Origin: Ktedonobacterales bacterium
GTDB lineage: Bacteria; Chloroflexota; Ktedonobacteria; Ktedonobacterales; JADMIN01
NCBI GenBank assembly: GCA_030167145.1
Contig: CP126532.1
Coordinates: forward strand, 2,670,001 to 2,702,000
Length of the DNA: 32,000 nt
Reading direction: 5' to 3'
Position 1 is the first letter of the stretch. Each line of letters starts with the position of its first letter. The notes beneath the pieces are model-generated. The model did no database searches. It saw only the letters and a list, made by a program, of their open reading frames with translations, and was not told where the DNA came from. Shown in pieces: positions 23,901 to 31,448 of this stretch. The position numbers were made by a program, and so were the translations under genes.

Positions 23901-24634
23901 AGCGCCTCAACCAACTGGTGATACTGGCCTCGCGCCTGATCTGGCTTGCCGTCGAGCGCATACAGGCGCATCAAATCTCTCCGCGCCGTCTGGCGGGTGG
24001 CATCCCGCGCGATGGCCTCGTGCAGGCTCGCGATAGCCTCATCACGCTCGCCATGTTTTTCTAAGAATGCCGCTTGCTGCTCAAGCAGGTGGAGGTATTT
24101 GTCGTGCAGTGTGGTACGGTCGTATCGGGTCAGCACCGCCATCGTTCCGTCGTGCGCGTCTTCGGGCAGCAGATCGCCGGTGTAGAGATCGCGTGCCGCA
24201 CGATAGGCATCGCGGCTGGGGTGTAGATGTGCCCTGTCGCAGGCCTTCGCAAAGGCGGCGACATCGGTCCAGCAGGGATATGCGCTGCTGCCCAGAACTA
24301 AAATGCCCTCGTGTTCCACGCGCAGATACATCCAGGGAGTTCCTCTGCGATGTCCTGGCTCAAGCACGCGGCGCAGATCGCCTTTGACGCCGTTCAAGCT
24401 ATTCTCTCGGTCCGAGACCGCATGGTCGCCTTCCTCGGGCCAGAGCCAGGCGCTCGCCGTATCGCGGCTCAGCCGGTAGTGGCGGGCCAGCGCCAGAGCC
24501 TTGAGCAACGTTTTCGCATTGCGCTGACGCCAGGTCGCACCTTCGATCACCCGCGACCCCACACACACCCGCAAGCCACCGAGCAAATAGATACGCAGCG
24601 TCTTATCATCCTGGGGAAGGGTAGCCACCGCCAT
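20990..24634 (-). CDS. STAND-class transcriptional regulator: OmpR/SARP winged helix + BTAD + NB-ARC ATPase + TPR + C-terminal LuxR HTH
   Basis: 1214-aa ORF. The N-terminus is LRIYLLGGLRVCVGSRVIEGATWRQRNAKTLLKALAL (SARP), followed by a BTAD-like helical region. The Walker A is LWGAGGSGKTQLA, the Walker B is LLLILDNGEH, and the sensor motif is ILITSR. A long TPR-like helical repeat region follows. The C-terminus is LTPREREVLHLLRQGLSKIEIATRFDRSERTIDTHMGHIYAKLGV (LuxR/FixJ HTH). Confidence 0.85.
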   Translation of the reverse strand: MAVATLPQDDKTLRIYLLGGLRVCVGSRVIEGATWRQRNAKTLLKALALARHYRLSRDTASAWLWPEEGDHAVSDRENSLNGVKGDLRRVLEPGHRRGTPWMYLRVEHEGILVLGSSAYPCWTDVAAFAKACDRAHLHPSRDAYRAARDLYTGDLLPEDAHDGTMAVLTRYDRTTLHDKYLHLLEQQAAFLEKHGERDEAIASLHEAIARDATRQTARRDLMRLYALDGKPDQARGQYHQLVEALRRVNQYDVMELPAGPELSSAELATETRRLYEDIVGGKVLPKPRPIRTSHPVAPTPKPTSAHPTASAAPRTSIRRRKAVATAAAPEAEAATAHDDSPRWRGLDRRLAERRTPFIGRVHERAAACQALTAARMLTLWGAGGSGKTQLAIQVADDLRASYPDGIHIVELATVSEPSQIPQAVAVALGIHEEQGRALTTSLATWLGRQRLLLILDNGEHLIDACVQLGSELLGACPRIGILITSRGPASDEPGANLRLPSSEPLFGTPPRNGSEGLRAQRGCALGGAALRLPSLALPTLDPLPTLSHLRENESVRLFCEHAALSQPGFALTQENARSVAEICARLDGIPLAIELAATRVKLLDVARIAARLDDCFALLPTRSGRLPRRKTLHETIGWSHELLKGQARVLFRRLAIFAGGWDIEAAEAICAGYGIQRSHVLRLLELLVNAALVEVETQNAERRYRFLEPIRQYADEKLREAREADRLRQRHATWFQALAQRARPHLTSAQQQTWLLRLKAEYGNLLAALRWTYTHCSAEVGLWLASAMWRLWYNRGQLSEGYTWLEAMLAREPGASLDYRRARIAALYAAGHLAMVRGDLDVAQTAGEECLALAERLGDSLSMSDAYSLLGGVAEYRDQLPQSLKLLELSLALARQLGNRPEDKRRIALSLSNLADVLAKQHDLARAEALYAEGLALFHGIEDLRGIAMSQTNLGRTSHRLGHAALAIQNLEESAARFRALEDLRGMGDALATRALVAYAQRDYIGALARYDEAAEIYARAQCRILVVESLEGVAHVIAAMGQPAQAAHIFGAADGQRSAMAAPRHQMDDDWYAPLVATLRKRLGAANFIGMHASGRALPLDEAVAAAHALVAQVASANERATQRRAKGRSELLSQPLTPREREVLHLLRQGLSKIEIATRFDRSERTIDTHMGHIYAKLGVSSREAAIAAWEGRRELVREMSRAEIRPGIRER
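23034..23146. repeat. 99-bp palindromic repeat element embedded in-frame in the regulator gene, bounded by 14-bp direct repeats
   Basis: Read directly from the sequence. The direct repeat gagggcaagcggag lies at 23034-23047 and 23133-23146, exactly 99 bp apart. Between the copies are a 3 x 17-bp array gcgcagcccctcYgagc (23047-23097) and a 3 x 13-bp array ttcYgaRgagggS (23100-23138). The two arrays carry complementary cccctc and gagggg cores. Confidence 0.85.
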
Positions 24635-24916
24635 CAGCCTACCTCTGCTTTTCTATGGCAATTCTATGACCGTACTCCCCATGTGCTCAACTACGTTGAC
24701 GCTACACCATGGCGCTTCCACTCGACCGTGGCATCAGTCGCGGGCGCAATTCATTATATCAGACTACGATTTGTTGCTTCCACCAATCAGTGTAGCACTA
24801 AACCGTCTGGGTGCTGTAGACTAAAATGCGTAATGATAGGTGGGTGAGACAGGCTGGCATGAACGCTGCCTGTCGGCCCACGCAGAGACTTCACGATGAA
24901 ATTGCGTCCCACCCGT

Positions 24917-24946
24917 TTGACAGCCTGCGGTAGGCCCAGGTATACT
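24917..24946 (+). promoter_or_regulatory. Sigma-70-type promoter candidate for rpmH-rnpA
   Basis: TTGACA lies at 24917-24922 and TATACT at 24941-24946, separated by an 18-nt spacer. The -10 element is 40 nt upstream of the rpmH ATG. Confidence 0.5.
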
Positions 24947-24985
24947 GATTTGGTACATCTTGTCGGAAGGGATTTGAAGTAGACC

Positions 24986-25123
24986 ATGAAGCGAACGTGG
25001 CAGCCAAAACGCATCCCGCGCAAGCGTGAGCATGGCTTTATGAAGCGAATGGCGACACGCTCTGGCCGCAGAGTGCTCAAGGCGCGTCGGCTCAAGGGCC
25101 GCTGGCGTCTGACCGTCGTCTAG
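24986..25123 (+). CDS. rpmH: 50S ribosomal protein L34
   Basis: Own translation gives [45 protein letters not shown]. This is a canonical L34 sequence. It is too short to appear in the ORF track. Confidence 0.95.
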   Translation: MKRTWQPKRIPRKREHGFMKRMATRSGRRVLKARRLKGRWRLTVV

Positions 25124-25329
25124 ACAACAGCGCCTCTCGCGTGTTGCGTCACAGTGCGTCTCGCCCCGGTTCGCGCATGGCTTCGTTGCCAGAGCCGGAT
25201 GCGAGGCGCATTCTGTGTACCCGTTGAGTTATGTCGTCGTATCCTGGTGTAGTCTTTTGTATATCGTCTCGCGTGGCGGGGAACTCGCCCTATGTCACCG
25301 GTTTAGCTGTATGCCGTCTGGGCCACCGC

Positions 25330-25746
25330 GTGGAACATGATGAACGCGCCAAACGTATTCCCAGTAATCAGCGCTTTCGGCAGGGTCAGCGGCTGCGCTC
25401 ATCACGAGACTTTCAGCGCGTGCGCCGCCAGGGTCGCCATCTGAGCGGCGAATGCCTTACGCTTGGCTATGCGCGCCAGGGCAAAGACGCCGGAGAGACG
25501 CGGGTTGGCTTCTCGGTGAGCAAGCGGGTCGGCAATGCGGTCGTGCGAAACCGCGTCAAGCGGCGGCTGCGCGAAATCACGCGCCGTATGCTTGCTGATC
25601 TGCCGGCGGGGTGGGATATCGTGTTCAGCGCGAAACCTGCCGCGGCGGCAGCGGACTACGCGACGTTGGCTGCCAGCATCGGCGATCTCTTTCGCCGCGC
25701 CGGCTGGCGGAACGAAGCGCGGGTATCACAGACAATGGTGAAGTAA
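25330..25746 (+). CDS. rnpA: Ribonuclease P protein component
   Basis: This is ORF 25231..25746. The conserved core reads RLRSSRDFQRVRRQG...VGFSVSKRVGNAVVRNRVKRRLRE. I place the start at the in-frame GTG at 25330, giving about 138 aa. The start is uncertain and could be as far upstream as 25231. Confidence 0.85.
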   Translation: MEHDERAKRIPSNQRFRQGQRLRSSRDFQRVRRQGRHLSGECLTLGYARQGKDAGETRVGFSVSKRVGNAVVRNRVKRRLREITRRMLADLPAGWDIVFSAKPAAAAADYATLAASIGDLFRRAGWRNEARVSQTMVK

Positions 25747-25758
25747 TCGAGGCATGTC

Positions 25759-25971
25759 GTGAAATATGTAGGCATGGGGCTGATCCGAATCTATCAGCGC
25801 ACCTTTTCGGTGATCTTGCCACCGAGTTGCCGCTTTACGCCTTCGTGCTCGCAGTACGGCTACGAAGCCGTCGAGAAGTACGGGTTGTTGCGCGGCGGTT
25901 GGATGGCGATCAAGCGTATCGGACGGTGCCATCCGTTTTATCATGGGAATCTCTACGACCCCGTCCCCTAA
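25759..25971 (+). CDS. yidD: Membrane protein insertion efficiency factor YidD
   Basis: 70-aa ORF. The sequence [53 protein letters not shown] is the canonical YidD motif set. Confidence 0.9.
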   Translation: MKYVGMGLIRIYQRTFSVILPPSCRFTPSCSQYGYEAVEKYGLLRGGWMAIKRIGRCHPFYHGNLYDPVP

Positions 25972-26189
25972 CCAAGAGGACGACATGCGAGCGGCGCCTG
26001 GTCGCGGCGCGGGATGTGATGTGATGTACAATGCGCAGCATCATCCTCTGCCGTGGCATCTGGAACGAGCGCAGGGAGGTGGCGCGCCGGCGAGGCGCGC
26101 GAGTTCGAGCAATTGACGCGCCGGCGCGTCGCGCAGTGCGTGGGGAGGCAACCCGCGCGAGCAGACGCCGCAGGGGAGGATAGACATCC

Positions 26190-27668
26190 GTGGCATTCTT
26201 ACAGCCAATAGGCGATTTGTTTCACGTCCTATTTTACGAGCCGATCTTTAACGTCCTCATGCTCATCAACTGGACGGTAGATCACATTATCCCTGGCATC
26301 TCGTTTGCCATCCCGATCATCATTCTGACGCTGCTGATGCGCGTCTGCCTCATTCCACTCGTTCGCAAGCAGTTGCGCTCGCAGAAGGTGATGCAAGAGC
26401 TACAGCCCAGGCTCGCCGAACTCAAGCGCCAGTATGCGGGCGATCAGGCAGGCATGCTTCAGGCGCAGCAGGCGCTCTTCAAGGAGCATGGCTATAGCCC
26501 GATTTCGGGGTGTCTGCCGCTGCTCATTCAGATGCCCTTCCTCTATGCGCTCTACTATTCACTGTTTGAGGTGCTCAATAAGAACCCCGCGACTGAGACC
26601 GTCGCGCATCATATCCAGCGTATCAACAATGACATCTATCCGTTCCTGCCACACGTCACCGTCTTGCCGCCGACGCACTTCCTCTGGATGAACCTCAGCG
26701 CCCCCGATCCGTTGCACATCCTGCCCCTGCTCGCTGGCCTGCTGACCTTCGTGCAACTCCGCATGGCGATACCGCACCGCAAGAAGCCCGCGCCCGGCAC
26801 GCCAACCGACGCGACCTCGCAGGCGACGAAGATGACGCAATACCTGATGCCGGTTATGACCTTCATCTTCGGCCTCAACTTCCCCGCTGGTCTGCCGCTC
26901 TACTGGTCCGTCAGCACCGGTTTCTCGGCCGTGCAGCAGTATTTCATCGGCGGCTGGGGATCGCTCTTCGTCGGCATCCCCGGTATGGAACGCTTCGTCC
27001 CCGAACCGAAGGATGCCCTGCCGCCGCCCGCGTCACGCGCCCGCCCCGGCACCGCCGCAGCGATTCGCGCAAGCACAGCGGGAGCCGCACCGCCACCAGC
27101 CCAGGCGGATTCTGGTGGCGGCGGGTTCTTCAAGCGCCTGCGCGACCAGATGTCCGCCGCGCAACAGGTGGCCGTCGCACAGCAGCAGGCGCGCGAACAA
27201 GGCGCGGGCGGCAAGAATGCCAAAAATGGCACTGGTGCGGGTGGGCGCGGTGCGGTGATCGTGGACAGCACCGCAACGGTGAGCGGCAATGGCAACGGCG
27301 CGACGCAGCCGAAAGCCGCGCCACGCCCCAAACGCAGTAGCGCACGCGATAGCGGTCCAATGCTGGTGAAGCCCTCACAGAGCAGCGCCACGAGCGCCAA
27401 GAAGGAACTGCCCGAACAGGCAATTGCGCGCGATGCGGTGGATGCGACGCCGGATGTTGGCAGCGAGCGGCCGGAAAAAGAGGTCGTGCGCGCCGCCAGT
27501 GGCGCAGGCTCTGCCAGCACAGCCAAAGGCAGCAGCGCCGGGCGCGTCTCGTCCAGCCAGAATACGCGCCCTGCGGCGCAGCCCGCGCGCAAAGGCCAGA
27601 ATCAGGGCCAGGCCAAGGGGTCAGCATCCGCGCGTAATCGTAGCGGTCGCCCGAAGGGAGGCAAATAA
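26190..27668 (+). CDS. yidC: YidC/Oxa1-family membrane insertase (short form) with a long low-complexity basic C-terminal tail
   Basis: 492-aa ORF. The core motifs are LLMRVCLIPLVRKQLRSQKVMQELQPRLAELKRQY, GCLPLLIQMPFLYALY and PAGLPLYWSVSTGFSAVQQY. A tail of about 230 aa rich in A/G/S/P/K/R follows. Confidence 0.9.
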   Translation: MAFLQPIGDLFHVLFYEPIFNVLMLINWTVDHIIPGISFAIPIIILTLLMRVCLIPLVRKQLRSQKVMQELQPRLAELKRQYAGDQAGMLQAQQALFKEHGYSPISGCLPLLIQMPFLYALYYSLFEVLNKNPATETVAHHIQRINNDIYPFLPHVTVLPPTHFLWMNLSAPDPLHILPLLAGLLTFVQLRMAIPHRKKPAPGTPTDATSQATKMTQYLMPVMTFIFGLNFPAGLPLYWSVSTGFSAVQQYFIGGWGSLFVGIPGMERFVPEPKDALPPPASRARPGTAAAIRASTAGAAPPPAQADSGGGGFFKRLRDQMSAAQQVAVAQQQAREQGAGGKNAKNGTGAGGRGAVIVDSTATVSGNGNGATQPKAAPRPKRSSARDSGPMLVKPSQSSATSAKKELPEQAIARDAVDATPDVGSERPEKEVVRAASGAGSASTAKGSSAGRVSSSQNTRPAAQPARKGQNQGQAKGSASARNRSGRPKGGK

Positions 27669-28532
27669 GTGGAAGGCGCAGTCGAAGCTTCGGGAAAATC
27701 TATCGAAGACGCGATTCTCCAGGCGCTGGCGCGGCTGGGGCGCAATCGCGATGAGGTCGAAATACAAGTGTTACAGGAACCGAGCCGCGGCACCCGTGGC
27801 ATGGGCGCGCGTGAGGCACGTGTGCGCGTCTATCCCAAGGCAGGCCGCGCTGCTCGCCCCGCGCCAGAGCCGCTCGCCGACGCGGACGACTATGCGGACG
27901 ACTACACACCAGAGGACGCTCGCGATGAAGAGACGCTCGACGCGGAGTATGCCGAGGGCTACGAGGCCGACGCCGATGCCTATCCGGTGATCGAAGAACT
28001 GACGATCACACCTCTGCGCGAGCTTCTGCCAGAAGACGCCAGCATCGAAGAATTCGCCGTCGAAGCGCTGCGGCAAATCCTCGGCCATATGGGCGTGCGT
28101 GCGGCCATCGAGGTCAACGAACCGCCGGAAGGCGAAGAAGAAAATGAAGATACGCCGCTGATTCTAAACATCCGTAGCGACGATCAAACCACCCTTAGCC
28201 TCTTGATTGGGCGGCGCGGCGAAACACTCGCGTCGCTGCAATTGCTGGTCAATCTGGTGGTCAGCAAGCAAACTGGGCATCGCGAGCATGTCATCGTGGA
28301 CGCCGAAGACTACCGCGTGCGTCGCGAACATAATCTGCGCTCGATGGCGCTGCGCGTGGCGAATCAGGTCCGGCGCTCAGGCCATCCCATCACGCTTGAG
28401 GCCATGCCGCCCAATGAACGTCGCATCATCCATATGGTGCTGGCCGAGACTGGCGACATCGCCACCGAAAGCACCGGCGAAGGCGACCAGCGCCGTGTGG
28501 TCGTCTCGCTGAAGCGTCCGGTTCGCGCGTAG
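27669..28532 (+). CDS. jag: RNA-binding protein Jag/KhpB (Jag_N + KH + R3H)
   Basis: 287-aa ORF. The GTG start directly abuts the yidC stop. The N-terminus is EASGKSIEDAILQALARLG (Jag_N). The KH-like segment is LIGRRGETLASLQLLVN. The R3H motif is MPPNERRIIHMVL. Confidence 0.85.
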   Translation: MEGAVEASGKSIEDAILQALARLGRNRDEVEIQVLQEPSRGTRGMGAREARVRVYPKAGRAARPAPEPLADADDYADDYTPEDARDEETLDAEYAEGYEADADAYPVIEELTITPLRELLPEDASIEEFAVEALRQILGHMGVRAAIEVNEPPEGEEENEDTPLILNIRSDDQTTLSLLIGRRGETLASLQLLVNLVVSKQTGHREHVIVDAEDYRVRREHNLRSMALRVANQVRRSGHPITLEAMPPNERRIIHMVLAETGDIATESTGEGDQRRVVVSLKRPVRA

Positions 28533-28572
28533 CGGGGGAGCCAGCCGTCCCCGTTCGTTCGGAGGTGGTTGC

Positions 28573-29457
28573 GTGGAAGATGCGGGAGATGCGCCGGAGT
28601 TTCTCGCCATTGGGCATGCCACGCGCGACCTGCTGCCCGATGGTAGCTGGCGGCTTGGCGGCACCGTCACGTTCGCCGCGCTCACCGCGCAGCGCCTCGG
28701 ACTGCGTGCCGCCATTGTCACCAGCGGCCCGCCCGAGATCACAGCCGCGTTGCGTGCCGCGCTGCCGGACGTGGCGCTGGCCATCGTCCCCTCACCCTCC
28801 GCCACCACCTACGAGAATATCTACCAGGATGGCGCGCGCCGCCAGTATCTGCGCGACCGCGCCGCGCCGCTTCGTCCCGCCGACATTCCCGCCGCCTGGC
28901 GCGCGGCTCCCGTCGTCTTGCTCGCGCCGCTGGCCGGCGAGGTGGCCCCGGAGCTTGCGGCTGCATTCCCCAGCGCGTTGGTCGCGGCGACACCCCAGGG
29001 ATGGCTGCGCCGCTGGGATGCCGCTGGCTACATCACCCCTGGCCCTCTCGAAGACGCCCATACCCTGCTCCCCGCGCTGCGGGCGCTGATCCTCAGTCGC
29101 GACGACCTCGCACCGCCGTCCAGTTCCGCCGCCGCGCTGACCGCCGCCACCGACCAGATCGCCGCATGGGCAAGCGCCGTCCCGCTGGTGGTGGTGACAC
29201 GTGGTCCGGCTGGCGCGCTGCTGCATAGCGCAACGGCGATACCAGAAGCGTTCGCAGGCTACCCTGCGCGCGAGGTAGACCCCACCGGAGCGGGCGATGT
29301 CTTCGCCGCTGCATTCCTCTGCGAGTTGCATGCGACAGGCGATGCTCGCGCCGCCGTAGACTTCGCCAATCGCGTCGCCGCACTCTCGGTGGAGCATCCC
29401 GGCGCGAGCGGCATCCCCACACGCGCCGACGTAGCCACGCGCTTTCCGGCGCCATGA
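28573..29457 (+). CDS. PfkB-family carbohydrate kinase (ribokinase-like)
   Basis: 294-aa ORF. The N-terminus is FLAIGHATRDLL...GGTVTFAALTAQRLG. The C-terminal anion-hole/ATP motif is DPTGAGDVFAAAFL. Confidence 0.8.
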   Translation: MEDAGDAPEFLAIGHATRDLLPDGSWRLGGTVTFAALTAQRLGLRAAIVTSGPPEITAALRAALPDVALAIVPSPSATTYENIYQDGARRQYLRDRAAPLRPADIPAAWRAAPVVLLAPLAGEVAPELAAAFPSALVAATPQGWLRRWDAAGYITPGPLEDAHTLLPALRALILSRDDLAPPSSSAAALTAATDQIAAWASAVPLVVVTRGPAGALLHSATAIPEAFAGYPAREVDPTGAGDVFAAAFLCELHATGDARAAVDFANRVAALSVEHPGASGIPTRADVATRFPAP

Positions 29458-29461
29458 ACGG

Positions 29462-29493
29462 CGCGGCGCTCCCAATGCATTGGAAGCGCCGCG
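29462..29493. terminator. Long palindromic hairpin between convergent genes; candidate bidirectional terminator
   Basis: The two halves cgcggcgctcccaatg and cattggaagcgccgcg form a 16-bp stem with one mismatch. The hairpin lies between the PfkB stop (29457) and the yceD stop (29531). The plus-strand downstream sequence is T-rich (tatgtatgtgaatatgtat). There is no clean U-tract. Confidence 0.45.
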
Positions 29494-29530
29494 TATGTAT
29501 GTGAATATGTATACGTCGCTGGCTATCTCA

Positions 29531-30067
29531 TCACTGCCCCTGCTGCTCCAGCAACTCGCGCAGCGCGGAGAAGCGATCGTCCACTGGTTCCGGCGGGCAA
29601 TCGCATGGGCCGTCGTTGAGATTGCGCCCGCAGGTGGGGCAGAGGCCCGCGCAGTCGTCTTTGCAGAGCGGCTTGACGGGCATCGCCAGCACCAGATTCT
29701 GCCGAATCGCCTCCCGCAGATCCAGCAGGTGATTGCGGTCCAGCGGGAACGCCAGATCATCGGCAGGAGGCGCGACGGGCACGCCAGTATTGACATCAAT
29801 TGTCGGATAAAATTGCTCGCGCAACGGAAATCGCAGCGTCGCCACGAACGGCTCCAGGCAGCGGATGCACTCCATCTCCACAGGCACTTCGACATAGCCA
29901 TCGGCGAAGATGCCCTGGTTGGTGCGATGCAGCTTCACCTCACCTTCCACCGGCCCCATGAGTTCGGCCTCGTTATCCTGTAGCTCCAGGTTGTCTTCGT
30001 CGTCGAGCGTGACCCGCTGCACGGTGCCAGTGGGCGCTTTCAGCAATTGCGCAACATTGTAGATCAT
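29531..30067 (-). CDS. yceD: YceD-family (DUF177) protein
   Basis: 178-aa ORF. The opening is MIYNVAQLLKAPTGT...V.L. The family-typical motifs are ECIRCLEPF and CKDDCAGLCPTCGRNLNDGPCDC. Confidence 0.85.
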   Translation of the reverse strand: MIYNVAQLLKAPTGTVQRVTLDDEDNLELQDNEAELMGPVEGEVKLHRTNQGIFADGYVEVPVEMECIRCLEPFVATLRFPLREQFYPTIDVNTGVPVAPPADDLAFPLDRNHLLDLREAIRQNLVLAMPVKPLCKDDCAGLCPTCGRNLNDGPCDCPPEPVDDRFSALRELLEQQGQ

Positions 30068-30266
30068 CGTGGTAATACCCCTTGCGCCGCCGCGTTATTC
30101 CTGGGGCGACACACCCCTAGTATCGAATGCCCCGCCACTCTATGTCAAGCGAGCTGTGATGAGCAAATGCCCTGTCAGCACAGGCATCAACACAGGCGCT
30201 TGCGCCTCTAGCCCGCCTGTCCGCCAGAGTTGACAGCAGTGCGCGCCCATCGGTAGACTGGTCGGA

Positions 30267-31268
30267 GTGGGCGGAGATGGCAAAGAGGGAGCAATGGGGG
30301 CGCGCATGACGCAGGGACGGACCGGCGAGCGACACCAGCGCGGCGTAAGTTCGCGCGCACTGCCGCCATTGCTGATCGCCGTCCTCTGGCTGGTGATGCT
30401 CCTCTTCGCGTGCGGCGGCGTGCAGGTCGCCTCAGCCTTCTCCCACTCCAGCAGCAACATCCCGCTGCCAAGTACTCCTTCTAATACGCCGACCAGCACA
30501 TCCGATCCCAGTCCGACCGCCACCTCCACGCCAAGCAAAGGCCCGCCGCCGACGCGCACGCCACCACCGGGCACCGCGACGCCGAGTACGACAACGACGC
30601 CCACTGGCACAGCCATTCCGCCGACGGCGACCGCGCCGCCATCTGGTGGCGGCAACAATGGCGGCGGTGGCCCGATTGGTCCCCAACCAACCAAAGTAGT
30701 GTTTACGCAACCGACCGCCGCCGCTGGCGCGAATGGTCCGCTTCAGGGCCTCGCGTCGGGAACGTTCGCCTCGAACGGCCTGCTGCTGGCCACGACCTCC
30801 GGCTGCATCGTCGCGCTGCTGGGCGTCATCATCGCCGCCATCGCGCTGATGGTGTTGCTGCGCGACGGGTACGGTCCTTTCCTGCGCGTGCTGCTGCTGG
30901 ACAAGCGCGCCAAGGCATCATCCCCGGCGGGCGCTGATCCGTCCGATAGCGGCATGAACGGCATGAATGGCGCGAATGGCATGATGGGCAGCGGCGCGCT
31001 ATGGGAGGGCGACCCGCGCGTCGGCTACGATGATCGCCCCTATAGCTCATCACGGCAGCCAAGCGCACGACGCCCGGCCTACGACGACCAATACGACCAG
31101 GATGACCGCTATGATCGCGGCAGTGGCACCGGCAGATACCCCCGCACACCCGCGCCCCCCGCACGCGGACCATCCAGCGGGCGCACCCCCCCACCGCCCG
31201 CACGAAACCGTCCCGCCAGCGGGCGCACCCCCCCGCCGCCCCCGCGCCGCCGCGACAACTGGCGCTAG
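30267..31268 (+). CDS. Hypothetical Pro/Thr-rich membrane-anchored protein (possible lipoprotein signal, second TM helix, Pro/Arg-rich tail)
   Basis: 333-aa ORF with an uncertain start (ATG at 30294 or 30306 is possible). A signal-like helix reads LLIAVLWLVMLLFACGG. It is followed by a PT-rich linker, the TM helix LLLATTSGCIVALLGVIIAAIALMVLL, and a disordered tail with the repeated motif SGRTPPPP. The low complexity lowers my confidence. Confidence 0.5.
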   Translation: MGGDGKEGAMGARMTQGRTGERHQRGVSSRALPPLLIAVLWLVMLLFACGGVQVASAFSHSSSNIPLPSTPSNTPTSTSDPSPTATSTPSKGPPPTRTPPPGTATPSTTTTPTGTAIPPTATAPPSGGGNNGGGGPIGPQPTKVVFTQPTAAAGANGPLQGLASGTFASNGLLLATTSGCIVALLGVIIAAIALMVLLRDGYGPFLRVLLLDKRAKASSPAGADPSDSGMNGMNGANGMMGSGALWEGDPRVGYDDRPYSSSRQPSARRPAYDDQYDQDDRYDRGSGTGRYPRTPAPPARGPSSGRTPPPPARNRPASGRTPPPPPRRRDNWR

Positions 31269-31448
31269 GCCAGCGCGTACTGGCGCTCGTGGTGTGATAT
31301 GGCTGTGAACCTCGCGGCGCGTGCCATGCAAATACCTGCACGTGGCATACTGGAATCGTAGTGTGCCCATTGTGCCCACGCGCTCTGTATTCGGGCCGCT
31401 CCCATTGTTGTGAGCCTGCCCCGCGAGACGAGAGAAAGGACCATCCGC

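Noticed and set aside
24787-25095. A 102-aa minus-strand ORF overlapping rpmH and its promoter.
   Set aside because: It is antisense to an unmistakable L34 gene. It has no motifs and no RBS.
25985-26116. A 43-codon sORF with a GAGGA RBS in the 218-nt yidD-yidC spacer, considered as a MifM-like arrest-peptide sensor regulating yidC.
   Set aside because: It has no TM segment or recognisable arrest motif (MRAAPGRGAGCDVMYNAQHHPLPWHLERAQGGGAPARRASSSN). GC-rich spacers often contain such ORFs by chance. The idea is purely analogical.
31269-31448. A possible glmS-type ribozyme or riboswitch upstream of the SIS-domain gene.
   Set aside because: The gene lacks the glutaminase domain of GlmS. I could not recognise the conserved glmS ribozyme core in the 180-nt leader.
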